Assembly: GCF_001194135.2 (NCBI RefSeq)
Contig: NC_068986.1
Span: 11,006,524-11,070,523, forward strand
Direction: 5' to 3'
Origin: Octopus bimaculoides
Taxonomy: Eukaryota
Length of the DNA: 64,000 bases
This document shows, piece after piece, positions 37,039-49,537 of this stretch. Numbering within the stretch: position 1 is the stretch's first letter; every line of letters starts with the position of its first letter. The translations under genes were made by a program, and so were the position numbers. Under the pieces are notes generated by a model. The model was not told the DNA's origin and searched no databases. It saw nothing but the letters and a program-made list of their open reading frames with translations.

Positions 37039-38974
37039 CTAAAATGGAAAAAAAAACTCAGTAAATTAAGCAAATGACTGGAGAGAGAGAGAGGGAGGGG
37101 GGGGGGACTGAGCAAGTTGGAGATAGAAATAGCTATGAACTATGATGGAGATAAGGCAAAAGGAGTTGCTACTGGCTCTCTGTAGGTTACGATGAAGAGT
37201 GTTCCAGTTGATTCAATCAATGGAACAGCTTGCCTGTGAAATTAACACGCAAGTGGCTGAGCACTCCACAGACACACGTACCCTGAACATCGTCACCAGT
37301 GAGATACAAAATGACACGAAATACGATACAGCTGGCCCTTTGAAGTACCACCTTTACCAGCTGAGTGGCCTGGAGCAATGTGAAATAAGGTGTTTTGCTC
37401 ACTCAAAGACACAACATACCACTGGGAATGGAACCGACAACCTTACGATTGTCAGCTGAATACACTGACTACATAGTCATACATCTCCACTAGTTGCTAC
37501 ATTGAAACTGGTTCATATTAGGAGTAAGAAGTAACCCATTCACTTATATCGTACAAAACAAGCCCAAAAAGAGACAAATATCACAATACATAGACTTTGT
37601 AAACAAGTTGGTATCTTTTACTGCAACTAGCCTGGGGGCACCACCTTCAAGGGTGTCATCAAACAAAACAACCCAAGCACCTCCTTTGTTATATCTTTTT
37701 TTTTTAATCTGGTAATTATTCTATTGGTCTCTTTTGCCAAACCACTATGTTATGGAGATGTAAATAAACTAACAAATTGAGCAAAGAGAAATAAGGTTAT
37801 ATTAAATAACATACAAAATGTTGATTTATTGAAATAATTTCTGCTTCCAGGGAAGATAGACCAACCCACTTGGTAGTTGATACCAACTTCAAGTAAAGGG
37901 AGATAATCTTGAATTTAAAATCTTGGTATCATCAGCACAGGGGTTGCCTTACTTTGTCTCCAGCAGAACAAGATACTTAAACATCGAAGACATTTATGAC
38001 TCAGATAATTTGCATAAAGGAAATGAAAATTAGCTATGAGACCATGGGAATGAAAACTAGACCCTACTACCATTAAGGATAAATCCATGATTGATATGTA
38101 GAGAAGGAATAATAGGAATTTCATATAATGTAGCCAATGGAAACTAGGAGCAAAAGTGCTGTAGTGGAATTAAAGACAATCTAACAAAAGACGGTAGCAA
38201 ACATGCTGGATCAAAGTACTAAGAGCACATGCAAGATAGGAGCAGTTTAAAGCTTCTGGTATCTAGAGGACTTAGTTAGCATTGAAACAAATAAATGAGA
38301 TGAAATCCTCCAGACCATCTAAGCGGACAGTAACTCCAAGAACCAATTCAGACTGTGCTAGAATATCTGACCAGTGATGGCTTGGAAAACAGACATAAAA
38401 TGATGACAATGGCGAAATTGTTCCAACAGGGATTTACAAAAATACTAGATGCACTTCAACATTCTTCAGCTTTGTCAATGATGTGTATTCATTGTAACAT
38501 ACCCAGACGAAATTCATAGAATCAAATATCTAAGAAACAATGATTTTTGGCAGGGTTTCTATAGCCAGTTGCCTTTCATAACACCAACCACTGTACAGAG
38601 CTTATTGGCTGTATTTTTATTATGGTGGCAGAATGAAAGAAGTTTTTAATGTCCTCAACAAGACTAAAAGAGTTTTACTCAGCATGATGCTTGTTTCTGC
38701 CTATTCACAACCTCATCTGGTCAGCATAGACCTACACGTATAATTAATATTGAGTTCTACATATAACGCACAATTCAAAATCTCACTTTCAAATTAATTA
38801 TATGCTCAAACAGTGACAACATATAAAAAAAACTCCCCTAAAGAAAAGTTTTAAATCAGTGGAATAAACCAAGACAAAACGAAACAGAAGAAACTTCCAA
38901 ACTATTTCCCTATTTCTGCTATTTTAAACACTGATATAGAACCAAACTGAAGCATGAACAATCAAACTACTCAC

Positions 38975-39040
38975 GTGCCTCTGCCTGGAAATCTCGGAAG
39001 CCATCAAAAACAGACTTTGCTGGTCTTCTTCCCCGAAAGC
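38975..39040 (-). CDS. UBXN7: UBXN7 exon (FRGRRPAKSVFDGFRDFQAEA)
   Basis: ttcag|GC, C|gtgagt; matches RRPARSIFDGFRDFQTE. Confidence 0.94.
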
Positions 39041-39919
39041 CTGAAAAAAAAAAAATACATATTATTTATACAGAGATAATTGATTTATATGAAAAAAAAG
39101 TGAAACAAAGCAGAATTTCTGTAGTGGGTTCATTAAAAAAAGAAAAGAAAAAAAGAAAAAAAATTCCTTAACACACACACAAAAAAAAAAAAGCTGTTTT
39201 ACTTCTTGCTGGTCTACATATAAATATAGACTTACAGCCTGGCAGTCATAGATTTTAACAATCGTAGTATTATCTAAGGGGGTGAGCTGGCAGAACCATT
39301 ACTGTGCTGAGCAAAATGCTTAAGGGCAGTTCATCTGCCTGTATATTCCAAGTTCAAATGCTGCCAAGGTTGGCTTTGCTTTTCATCCTTTCGGGGTTGA
39401 TAAAATAAGTACCAGTTGAAGACTGGCATCAATGTAATTGAGTTACCCCTTCCTGAAATTGCTGGCCTTGTGCAAAAATCTGAAATAAATAATAGTATTA
39501 CCACTCTCACATTTTATTTCTTTATCTCCAAATTGTTGTAAATTTTGCTAGTGTGAGAGGGGGAGGGGCTGACTTCCAGTCTTAAATATAGAATGTTGAG
39601 AGAGTAAGAAGAAAGTGTTCTTAAGATATTGTATTCAGAGGAAAGATGATATTGTAATAATGTATAGAACAAAGTTATAGAACAGTGATAAAGTTTATAG
39701 CATAAGGATTAGATTGTACAGCAGTGACAACAATAGACTGAAATGGGTCTAAGATGAATAAATACAGGGAGTTGTTTTCTATACATATCTCCATTTTTAC
39801 CAATTCATTATCTACATCAGGGGTGGGCAAGCCAGAGAGCTGCACTAGGCTCCAAATGTCCATATTAGCATGGTTTCTGTGGTTGGATGCCCTTCCTAAT
39901 GCCAATCACTCTACAGTGT

Positions 39920-40510
39920 ATTAGCTGCTTTTTACATGGTGCCATCATGAGTGCTATTAAATGTGGTGCCAGCATGAATGCTCTGTGTGTGGCACTGGCA
40001 TGGGTGGTCTGCATGTGATACGTGGTCTGTACATGGCACAGGTGGCCTGTATGACACAGGTGGTTTCTACTCTATGTGTTACTGGCACTGGTCTGTACGC
40101 AGCTCTAGTGATCTGTAGGCGGCACAGGTGACCTGGTCGTGGAACTGGCATGGGATGTCTGCATGTGACACTGGCACTAGAGGTCCGCACATGGGACTGG
40201 TGCTCTGTAAGCAGCACTGATGGTCCGTACATGGCACAGGTGGTCTGTACGTGTCACTGGCACTCGTGGTCCGTACGTGACACCAACACTGGTGGTCTCT
40301 ACAAGGCACTGGCATCAGTAGTCCATACATGGCATGGGTGGCCCATATGTCACACTGACACGGATGGTCCATACGTGGCACTTGGACGAATAATCCATAC
40401 ATAGCACGAGTGGTCTGTACATGGCACGAATAATCTGTATGTGGCACTGACAGGGGGGTTCTGTACATTGCACTGGAGCAGGTCCTTCTCACATGGCACT
40501 GGCATGTAAA
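39920..40510. repeat. Degenerate minisatellite (core ggtggtc[c/t]gtacatggcac) attached to an RTE 3' end
   Basis: Numerous imperfect 17-26 bp units directly following ...ttagctgctttttacatggtgcc of an RTE copy. Confidence 0.75.
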
Positions 40511-41061
40511 AGTATTTTTCATCAAATATTTCTTCAAAGTGCCGTATTTCTTGAATCAAAAAAGGATCAGAAGTCCTCTCCAAGCCATAGTTTCTTGTAT
40601 TTTGTGGCATATATGTTCCACCCCTGGTCCAAGATGCCAATCCATCACAGAATCACTCATTTTTGCCAGCTGAGTGAATTTAAGCAACATGAAATGAAAT
40701 GAAGTGTTTTGCTTAAGGACACAATGTATCGCCCAGTTCAGGAATTGAAATCGCAATCTTATGCTCACGAGTCCAACACCCTAACCATTCAACTATGCAC
40801 CTCCACATTTCTTGAATAATAGGAATAATAATTCTTTCTGATTGTGGCACAAGGCCAGCAGTTTTATGGGGAAGGAGCCAGTTGATTACATAGATCTCCA
40901 CCCCACCCCAGTACTTGACCGGTACTTTATTTTATCAACTCTGGAGAGATGAAAGATAAAGCTGGCCCTATTTTTCAGCTGAGAACAACCAGTCAAAAGA
41001 AATCTTGCTGGGTGATCTGTTTTATGCTTGAACAATTCTAACAGCTCATCACCTTAATAAT

Positions 41062-41384
41062 AATAATTTTGTCAATCTACTTCATTTTGGTTAATATATA
41101 AAGGATTGAGGTAACTCCTCCATAAGATATAGGGTCAAAACTAAAAGAAGAGTGCCATTGTCATCTAGTGAACGATATATTTCGACATCTTGTGTGTCTT
41201 CAACTGGTTCAAAAAATAATTTTGTCAATATTAACCAAAATGAAGTAGATTGACAAAATTATTTCCTGAACTTGTTGAAGACACACAAGATGTCAAAATA
41301 TCGTTCACAAGATGACGATGGCACTCTTTTTTTTAAATTTTGACTATATCTTCTGGAGGAATTACCTCAATCCTTTATATATTA
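41062..41384. repeat. Long inverted repeat with a duplicated loop segment
   Basis: 41092-41229 pairs with 41249-41384; 41062-41097 is the reverse complement of 41228-41263. Confidence 0.92.
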
Positions 41385-41389
41385 TTATT

Positions 41390-41434
<45 letters not shown>

Positions 41435-42055
41435 TTTCGTTATCAGATATGGTGTTTGGTTTCCATGCGAGCTCATGCTTTTGATAATCAAACTTCTTGG
41501 TGACATTTAAATTTTCAAAAATATTTTCTCCCTAAAAAATATTTCTTTACTCTTTAAACTGATACAGGTCAACAGCTTTACATTTTGAGATCGGTGTGAC
41601 TGTTTAACTTTACTGACTGAAAAAGAAAAGGAATTAAAAGAAGTCAAGACATTCATGCCTTTCCAGAGGGCAGCAGCAGCAACAGTGTGGTGAGTAAAAC
41701 AAAACAGTTGTAACAAAAAGATAAAGAAAAAAAAAATCAAATCTGCAATTAGTTTGCCAGGAGCTTGTTTTACCACTGCTACAACGCTCACCATTTCTTC
41801 CATGCACACTTGAAAACTAAATTGATCACATTAGAATGGCAATAAAATATTTCACTAAATACGGACAACCAATACTAAAAAAAGAAAAGAAAAATTGCCT
41901 TAAGAACCAAAAATGACAAACTAAAACTACTAACTCAATCCACTTATACACGTCTGTAAAAAAAAACGCAGTAGTATATAATGTTGATTGGGTTTAGATG
42001 TGATAAGCACAATAAAGGGAAAAAAGAAAATTACAAACTATATTTATATAATAAA

Positions 42056-42087
<32 letters not shown>

Positions 42088-43201
42088 AAGCACAAGCCAA
42101 CATGAGACGGTGACTGAAGCCAACAGAAATGATGGAATGGCAATGAATTAAATAAAATATTGGCATTCAAAATGAACAGAGCAGAGGAGGGGATCGATAA
42201 CACATACAAACCTATGGAGTCGGCATTCATCATCTTCTGGACTAGAAACAGAAAAATGCCATTATACACTCATTGTTAGTGGCTAAGGCGTGTATAAAAT
42301 AGACGTGGGTATATAACACAAGAGCAAATATAGAAAGAGTTAAGATCACAGCTAGTGAAAGTCGGAGACAGTCTTATATTAAAAATTGGTTTGGGTCAGC
42401 AGAGTGATTAGCCACAGATTATATAAGGACCACAGTAACTTTTGTTTTAATGCATTTAATCAAGGTGATCAGAAAGAGTGCAGTTGATTTTATTGGAGAG
42501 AAGGCAGGTTCCTTGTTGGCATCTGTATCTCTATCAAGAAAAACAAATGGAGTTACATAGAGAAAGTGTCCAAAGTAAAATTCAGTACACAGTGATAACA
42601 TTGGCAAGGTCAAGGAGGAACTCCACAAGTGTAATTCGATACCACCGACCTGAAAACATCCCTGGTTCTATGAGACAAACTTCCTGTCCTAAAATGATTT
42701 TAAAATCTTCCATCAAAATTTCACGATTAACTTAGGTTCTAAGCAGTAATTTAATAATCACAAAATTATTTTACTAAATTCATTATTTTCAAAATTAATA
42801 CAAACGAAGGCAGTGTCATTTTTAAAAGATTGAAGATAAAAAATTTAAATAGTAAAGGAAAAATAAAGCTGTTTGAAAATCTTTTTTCAGTCTTTTTTTT
42901 CAAACCCTAACAAAAAATTGACACAGCTTTGTGATAACCTTTTAAAATAATATTTTTACAGCAATGTAGTTTCTGAATCATCATCATCATTTAATGTCTA
43001 CTTTCCATGCTGGTATGGGTTGGACGATTTCACAGGAGCTGCACCAGGTTCCATGGTCCACTTTAGCATGGTTTCAACAGCTGAATGTCCTTCCTAACAC
43101 CAACCACTTTACAGTGTGTACTAGATGCTTTTTAAATGGCACCAAGGGAAGGGAGCAAAAATAAAGCTAAATTTCTAGCTTTCAGCTACTTGTGTTGGGG
43201 A

Positions 43202-43415
43202 CAGGGCTATGGAGTCGAAACAAAAAACTTTGACTCCGACTGACTCCAATGCCGACTCCTCTTTATGTAATTAAGTGATTGTGGTCTACATATCTCATAA
43301 AGCATATGCATACGCTTGGACTTTGAGTAGGCCTAGATGTTATAACTGGTTTATATCAAAGAATAAAGATATTGTGAATCTGAGTCAGTATAGTTTTACT
43401 GACTCCACAGCCCTG
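43202..43415. mobile_element. hAT-type MITE (same family as 13445-13607)
   Basis: cagggctatggagtc...gactccacagccctg; perfect 8-bp TSD gttgggga. Confidence 0.85.
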
Positions 43416-43727
43416 GTTGGGGAAGTAAATTTTTTGTTTTCCCCAATAAAACTATCATCAAAAGTACTGAGTGTGCACATTGACAGGTAGCTCTATGATG
43501 AAGGTTGTGAGTTAGAGAGAGAGAGAAAAATTTTCCCCATAAAATTAAAATTGAAATCAAATTCAAATATATTTATAGAGTAGTCATGGCTGTGCGGTAA
43601 GAAGTTGGTTTCCTAACCACATGGTTCAGGATTCAGTCCCACTGCATGACACCTTGATCAAGTGTCTTCTGCTATAGCCTCAGGCCAACCAAAGTGGATT
43701 TAGTACACAGAAACTGAAAGAAGCCCA

Positions 43728-43771
<44 letters not shown>

Positions 43772-45560
43772 CCACTACTTGACAACTGGTATTGGTGTGT
43801 TTACATCCCTGAAACTTAGCAGCTTGGCAAGAGAGATTGATAGAATAAGTACCAGGCTTAAAAACAATACTGGGATCAAGTCATTCAACCAAAACTTCTC
43901 CAAGGCAGTACCCCAGTATGGCCACAGTCTAATGACCGAAACAAGTAAAAAGACAAAAAGACCTGCCTATTGCAGCGATTTTGTATAATAGACACAACTC
44001 TACCAGTGATTCTTTAACCAATATCATGGGAAGCAGCTGTTTGTTTTTACTGTAATTATTTCTTAGCTAATTATATAAATTAGCTAATTATATAAATTAG
44101 CTAATTAGGGCTAGGATAAAAATACATAAAAATCTGTTTTATTAAGAATGCTCATTGCTTTGCTCCATTCCAGTTAAGACATAGCAACTATCGTGCCATG
44201 TTGTTTGATTCGACACCAATCAAAGACTATACAAGAATTTTTTAAAATCCAGTTTCCTTTTTTTTTTTATTAATGTTGAGGATGGGCAAAAAGTCAAACT
44301 CCTGGATTTTTTGTTTTACATATACAATAATATAGCACCATATGCACAACATTTTTATATATCATCATCATTTAACGTCCGCTTTCCATGCTGGCATGGG
44401 TTGGACGGTTTGATTGAGGACTGGTGAGCCAGAAGGCTGCACCAGGCTCAATCTGATCTGGCAAAGTTTCTACAGCTGGATGCCCTTCCTAACTCCAACC
44501 ACTCTGAGTATAGTGGGTGCTTTTACGTGCCACCGCCACGAGAGCCAGACAGGCAGTTCTGGCAATGACCATGCTCAAAAGGTGTTTTTTACATGCTACC
44601 TGCACGGGAGCCAGTCCAGTGAGACTGGCAACAGCCACGCTCGTCTGTTGTTTCTCACATGCCACCGGCACATGTGCTGGTAGGGCAACGCTGGCGACGA
44701 TCACACTCGAATGGTGCTTTTTACGTCCCACCGGCACAGGAGCCAATCCGTGGCCTTGGCAACAATCATGCTCGGATGTGCTTTTAACGTTCCACTGGCA
44801 CGAGTGCCAATCAGGCAGTGCTGTCATCAGCCACGTCAGCAATTTTGATATGATTTCACTTGCCTCAATAGGTCTTCGTAAGCAAAGCTTATTGTCCAAT
44901 GAATGAGGTACTCATAAGTGGCCCAGTTACACCCCACATTCGGATGTGCTTTTAACGTTCCACTAGCACAAGTGCCAATCAAGCAGTACTGTCATTGGCC
45001 ACATCAGCGATTTTATACACACACATATAATCAACGTCATCAAATAATGTCCTGTTTTCCATGCTGGAAGCCAAGAGCTGCATCACACCCCATAGTCTGC
45101 TTTGGCATAGCTGGATGCCCTTCTTAATGCCAACCACTTTACAGAGTGTAGTGGGTGCTTTTATAAGTGGCACTAACAGGGTCATGAAAGGGAGTGGGAC
45201 CAAGGAAAGTGACTGTGTGTGCCAAGTGAGAGGTTAGAGTATGATAGAGGGAGAGAGATAGTTGTCATATTAGAGGGGATACTTGACCACCCCAGTGGTA
45301 CAAAGAGGAAAGGGAGAGTTAGAGAGAAAGATAAAGAGACAGTTGGAGAGAGAGAGAGAGAGAGAGATGGTGCTGGGCCTACCTACAGGGAACAGCAGAG
45401 CTGAGTATAAATAGTACAGAGGAGATAGAAAGAATTTAATTAAAATTTCAGTCCCTTGTGACTTTTGGCCCACCCTGGACATGTATCTGAAACAGACCAA
45501 TGTAGGGATTTATTTCTGAGGTATTTGAGAAGGAAGGGAATGAAATGTATCCAGACTTAC

Positions 45561-45628
45561 CAAACACAGGTGCATCTTCAACAAGAATTTCTCTCTTTTG
45601 AGGAATTGGTGCTCGAACATCATCAGTG
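45561..45628 (-). CDS. UBXN7: UBXN7 exon (TDDVRAPIPQKREILVEDAPVF)
   Basis: ggcag|C, G|gtaagt; VRAPIPQK motif. Confidence 0.94.
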
Positions 45629-46374
45629 CTGCCAATTAAAGGTATTGAAACATAAGTTTACAAACTTACAATACATGAAAGATCACAAAATACATAACAT
45701 AAACAGCTCTTTACAACCATTGGTAGATTTCCTAATTTATTTTTATGCTGGAGTTATATACACATATATAATCATCATCGTCATCAAATAATGTCTTGTT
45801 CTCCATGCTGGAAGCTGTGAAACCAAGAGCTGCACCACAGCCACAGTCTGCTTTGGCGTGGTTGGATGCCCTTCCGAACTCCAACCACTTTACATGGGAA
45901 CCATGCCAAAACAGACAATGGAGTGTAGCGCAGCTTTCTGGCTTGACAGTACCTGTCAAACTGTCCAACTCATGCTAGCATGGACAATGGATGTTAAATG
46001 ACGAAGTTGACGTTAGTCTGAGAAGCAAGAGTACTTATTGTGGTCTTCAGAGACTGTATGAAGGGATAAATGGATGAAGTCATTGTGATTAATATTTAAT
46101 TTCAGTTATTAGTGAACAAAAAAAACAATCGACAGGGTATAGTAAAGTTTTAGGAGCACATGTGAATCATCATCATAGTCGTTGTCTAACATCTACTTTT
46201 CCATGCTTCCATGGGTCAAATGGGATTTGATAAGACAGATTTTCTGTAGCTGGGTGCCCTTCTTGTCACCAACCCAATGGAGAGAGTAAACATACCTAAA
46301 ACTAGCAGAGAGAAAATCAAGAAAAGAGGCATGCACACATTTGGTCTCTCCAGCCAAACATTTATATATGTTAA

Positions 46375-46414
<40 letters not shown>

Positions 46415-47944
46415 ATAATACAAATCATAAACTGTAACATTTAGCCTGCTGAAATGAATTGATAGGGCCACATATAACATCTCAAGGTACATTTTTTTTC
46501 TCTGATGAAATTATGCTCATGTCACATAAATGCAAATTTCATGTACAAATTTTGACTAAGTTACTGAGTATTAATTGAAACAGCTGTAAGAAGCAAAGCT
46601 GACCAATTTGTTAATAATAAATAATTGTTAACTTCCTTATCTCCATTTTCTTTTCTTCTTTTAACTGGATATAAACTATATGCTTAATATATACCTACTG
46701 CTTTAAGGGAGTTTCATTCCCCAACAATACTAGGTATTGAACCAGTATTTCCTTGGTTGCAACCATCCCATCTTGAGGTTAACATATCCTCTAATTATAT
46801 ATATGCGTGTGTGTGTGTGTGTAATTTTTCAAGTGCTCATGAAGCTATAGAATTCATGAACATTATGGTTTTGTCACCTGGACAATACCATTGAATCTAG
46901 CTGTGTCAGCAGCATTAAAAACAAACACTGCCAAAGAATCAAGACAAGTAGCAATCATTATATACATACACACACACACACACACATACATACACATATA
47001 CACACAGAGTCCATCAAAGAATTGACAAAAAGGGGGAAAGATAGTTACCAGCAGAACCACTCCAACAATTCTATGACATAGCACTGAATGCGTGTATATA
47101 TCATCATCATCGTTAACGTCCGCTTTCCATGCTAGCATGGGTTGGACGATTTGACTGAGGACTGGTGAAACCGGATGGCAACACCAGGCTTCAATCTAAT
47201 TTGGCAGAGTTTCTACAGCTGGATGCCCTTCCTAACGCCAACCATTCAGAGAGTGTAGTGGGTGCTTTTACGTGTCACTTGCACGAAGGCCAGTCAGGTG
47301 GTACTGGCAACGTGGTTTTGTGCCAAGGAGAAATACTACTGATGCCTCTTCTTAGACAATTTTTTGTCAGTGAACAGGTCAACAATTCTGAGTGGCAAAA
47401 ATTTCCACACCATGTTACAAATAAGGCTTGACTGTGTGGTAAGAAGCTTGCTTCCCAACCACACGGTTCTGGGTTCAGTCCTACTGCATGGCACCTTGGG
47501 CAAGTGTCTTCTATAGCCTTGGGCTGATCAAAGCCTTGTGAGTGGATTTGGTAGATGGAAACTGAAAGAAGCCCACTGTGTATATATATTTATATGTATA
47601 TATATGTTTGTGTGTTTGTCCCCCCACCATCGCTTGACAACCAATGTTGGTGTGATTACAACCTCGTAACTTAGTGGTTCAGCAAAAAGAGACTGATACA
47701 ATAAGTACTAGGCTTACAAAGAATAAATCCTGGGGTCGATTTGTTTGATTAAAAGCAGTGCTCCAGCATGGCTGCAGTCAAATGACTGAAACAAGTAAGA
47801 GAATAAAAGTGAAGTTAACAGTCTTTATGTGTTTCTAAATTGCAAGCTTGTGTCTTCAACACTTCCATCCTTTTAGTTTCAGCCCACAATCTCAGATCAA
47901 AACACTTGCTATGCAAGTACATCTCTATATTGCAGATGTATTTA

Positions 47945-48552
47945 GCCAAAAGTAAACCATGGTACTTGGCATTCATCAGCCTGGAGAAAGCGTCTGACAG
48001 AATGTTGCATTCTGTGATCTGAGAAAACTAGGGGCATGCAAATGGGTATTGTTAGTAAGGTGAGAGTTAGCAATGAGTACAACAATGAATTTAGAATAGA
48101 GATAGGAATTCACCAGAGCTCAGTTTCCAGCCCCCTTCCTATTCATCATAGTCCTTCAGACCATAAGAGAGAAATTTAAGACCAGCTGCTACTATATGCT
48201 AATGATCTTGTTCTTATAGTGGAATCTGTAGCAGAATTGGTAAAGAAATTCAGGTGTGGAAACAAAAACCTGGAATCAAAGGGCCTTAAAGTTAACCAAG
48301 CAAAGACCAAAAGTTGTAGCAAGCAAGAAAACAGACAGTAGTCTCTTCTTATCAAGTAAATTGCTCTGCTCAATATGTAAGAAAGGTGTAGGGAGGACTT
48401 CCATACAGTGCAAGCAATGGACACACAAGAGGTTAACAAGGAAAGTAGTCTTCGTGTGTGGAAGATGTAGAGGAGGAGTAATAAACATTAAGGACACTTG
48501 GGAATTTGATTTTCTGAAATGGCCAGGAGGATCCTTAGAGGTAGTAGCAGGT
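47945..48552 (+). mobile_element. RTE-clade reverse transcriptase pseudogene fragment
   Basis: YLAFISLEKASDR...GIHQSSVS.PFLFIIVL...LLYANDLVL...LESKGLKVNQAKTK...LEVVAGF, with frameshifts. Confidence 0.88.
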
Positions 48553-49195
48553 TTCTTATTTCTTTATTGCCCACAAGGGGCTAAACATAGAGGGGACAAA
48601 CAAAGACAGACAAAGAAATTAAGTCGATTACATTGACCTCAGTATGCAACTGGTACTTAATTTATAGACCCCGAAAGGATGAAAGGCAAAGTCGACCTCG
48701 GCGGAATTTGAACTCAGAACGTAGCGGCAAACGAAATACCACTAAGCATTTCTACCAGCTCGGTAGAAATGGCATACAAGTGGCTGAGATCATAATGCCA
48801 AACAATTGCAGAATTATTCATTTACAACTGACTGGACTGGAGTAACATGATATGAAGTGTTTTGCTCAAGAGCACAACACACCACCTGGTCTGGGAATTG
48901 AAACAACAACCTTGTTATAAGTAGTACAAAACCCAAACCACTAAACCACACATCATCACTAAAATTGTACACTTATGTTTAAATCATGATTTACCACATG
49001 AGATTAATTGAACAAATATTAGAAGGATTGTCAGGCGTGGCTGTGTGGTAAGAAGTTTGCTTCCCCAACTACATAGTTCTGGGTTCAGTCCCACTGCATG
49101 GCACCTTGGACAAGTTTTTTTTTTTTTTTTTATTACTAAAACATTGGGCTGAACAAACCCTTGAGAGTTGATTTGGTAGATGGAAACCAAAAGAG

Positions 49196-49229
<34 letters not shown>

Positions 49230-49386
49230 ATGTGTGTGCATGCATGTGTGTGTGTGTGTGTGTTCCACCCATCACATGATAACCAGTGTCGGTGTGTTTA
49301 CATCCCCATAACTTAGGCGCTGTCCCAATATGGCTGAAACCAGTTAAAGATTTACAAAAAAAATAAATAAATAAAACTGCATTTAC

Positions 49387-49537
49387 TTATTTGAAATACT
49401 TGATTTTGTACTTGTACTTCCCTTTTCGGAATTGGGAAGCATAATGCTAGTGTTTCCATCCATGTGCATTTCCACAGCCATTTGGAGATCTCCGTTGCAT
49501 GCTTCTATCATCCGTTCTCCAACATCGGCAGTGACAC
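49387..49537 (-). CDS. UBXN7: UBXN7 exon (UBA-like domain GVTADVGERMIEACNGDLQMAVEMHMDG...)
   Basis: ttgcag|GT, AA|gtaaat; collinear with human GASESVGKHMLEACNNNLEMAV. Confidence 0.92.

Noticed and set aside
37915-38060. CR1/L2-type RT remnant (CADDTKI)
   Set aside because: Only one short motif; too degraded to call
44515-44830. CRISPR-like repeat/spacer array
   Set aside because: Units are subrepeats of a eukaryotic RTE 3' UTR; spacers are homologous to each other and there are no cas genes
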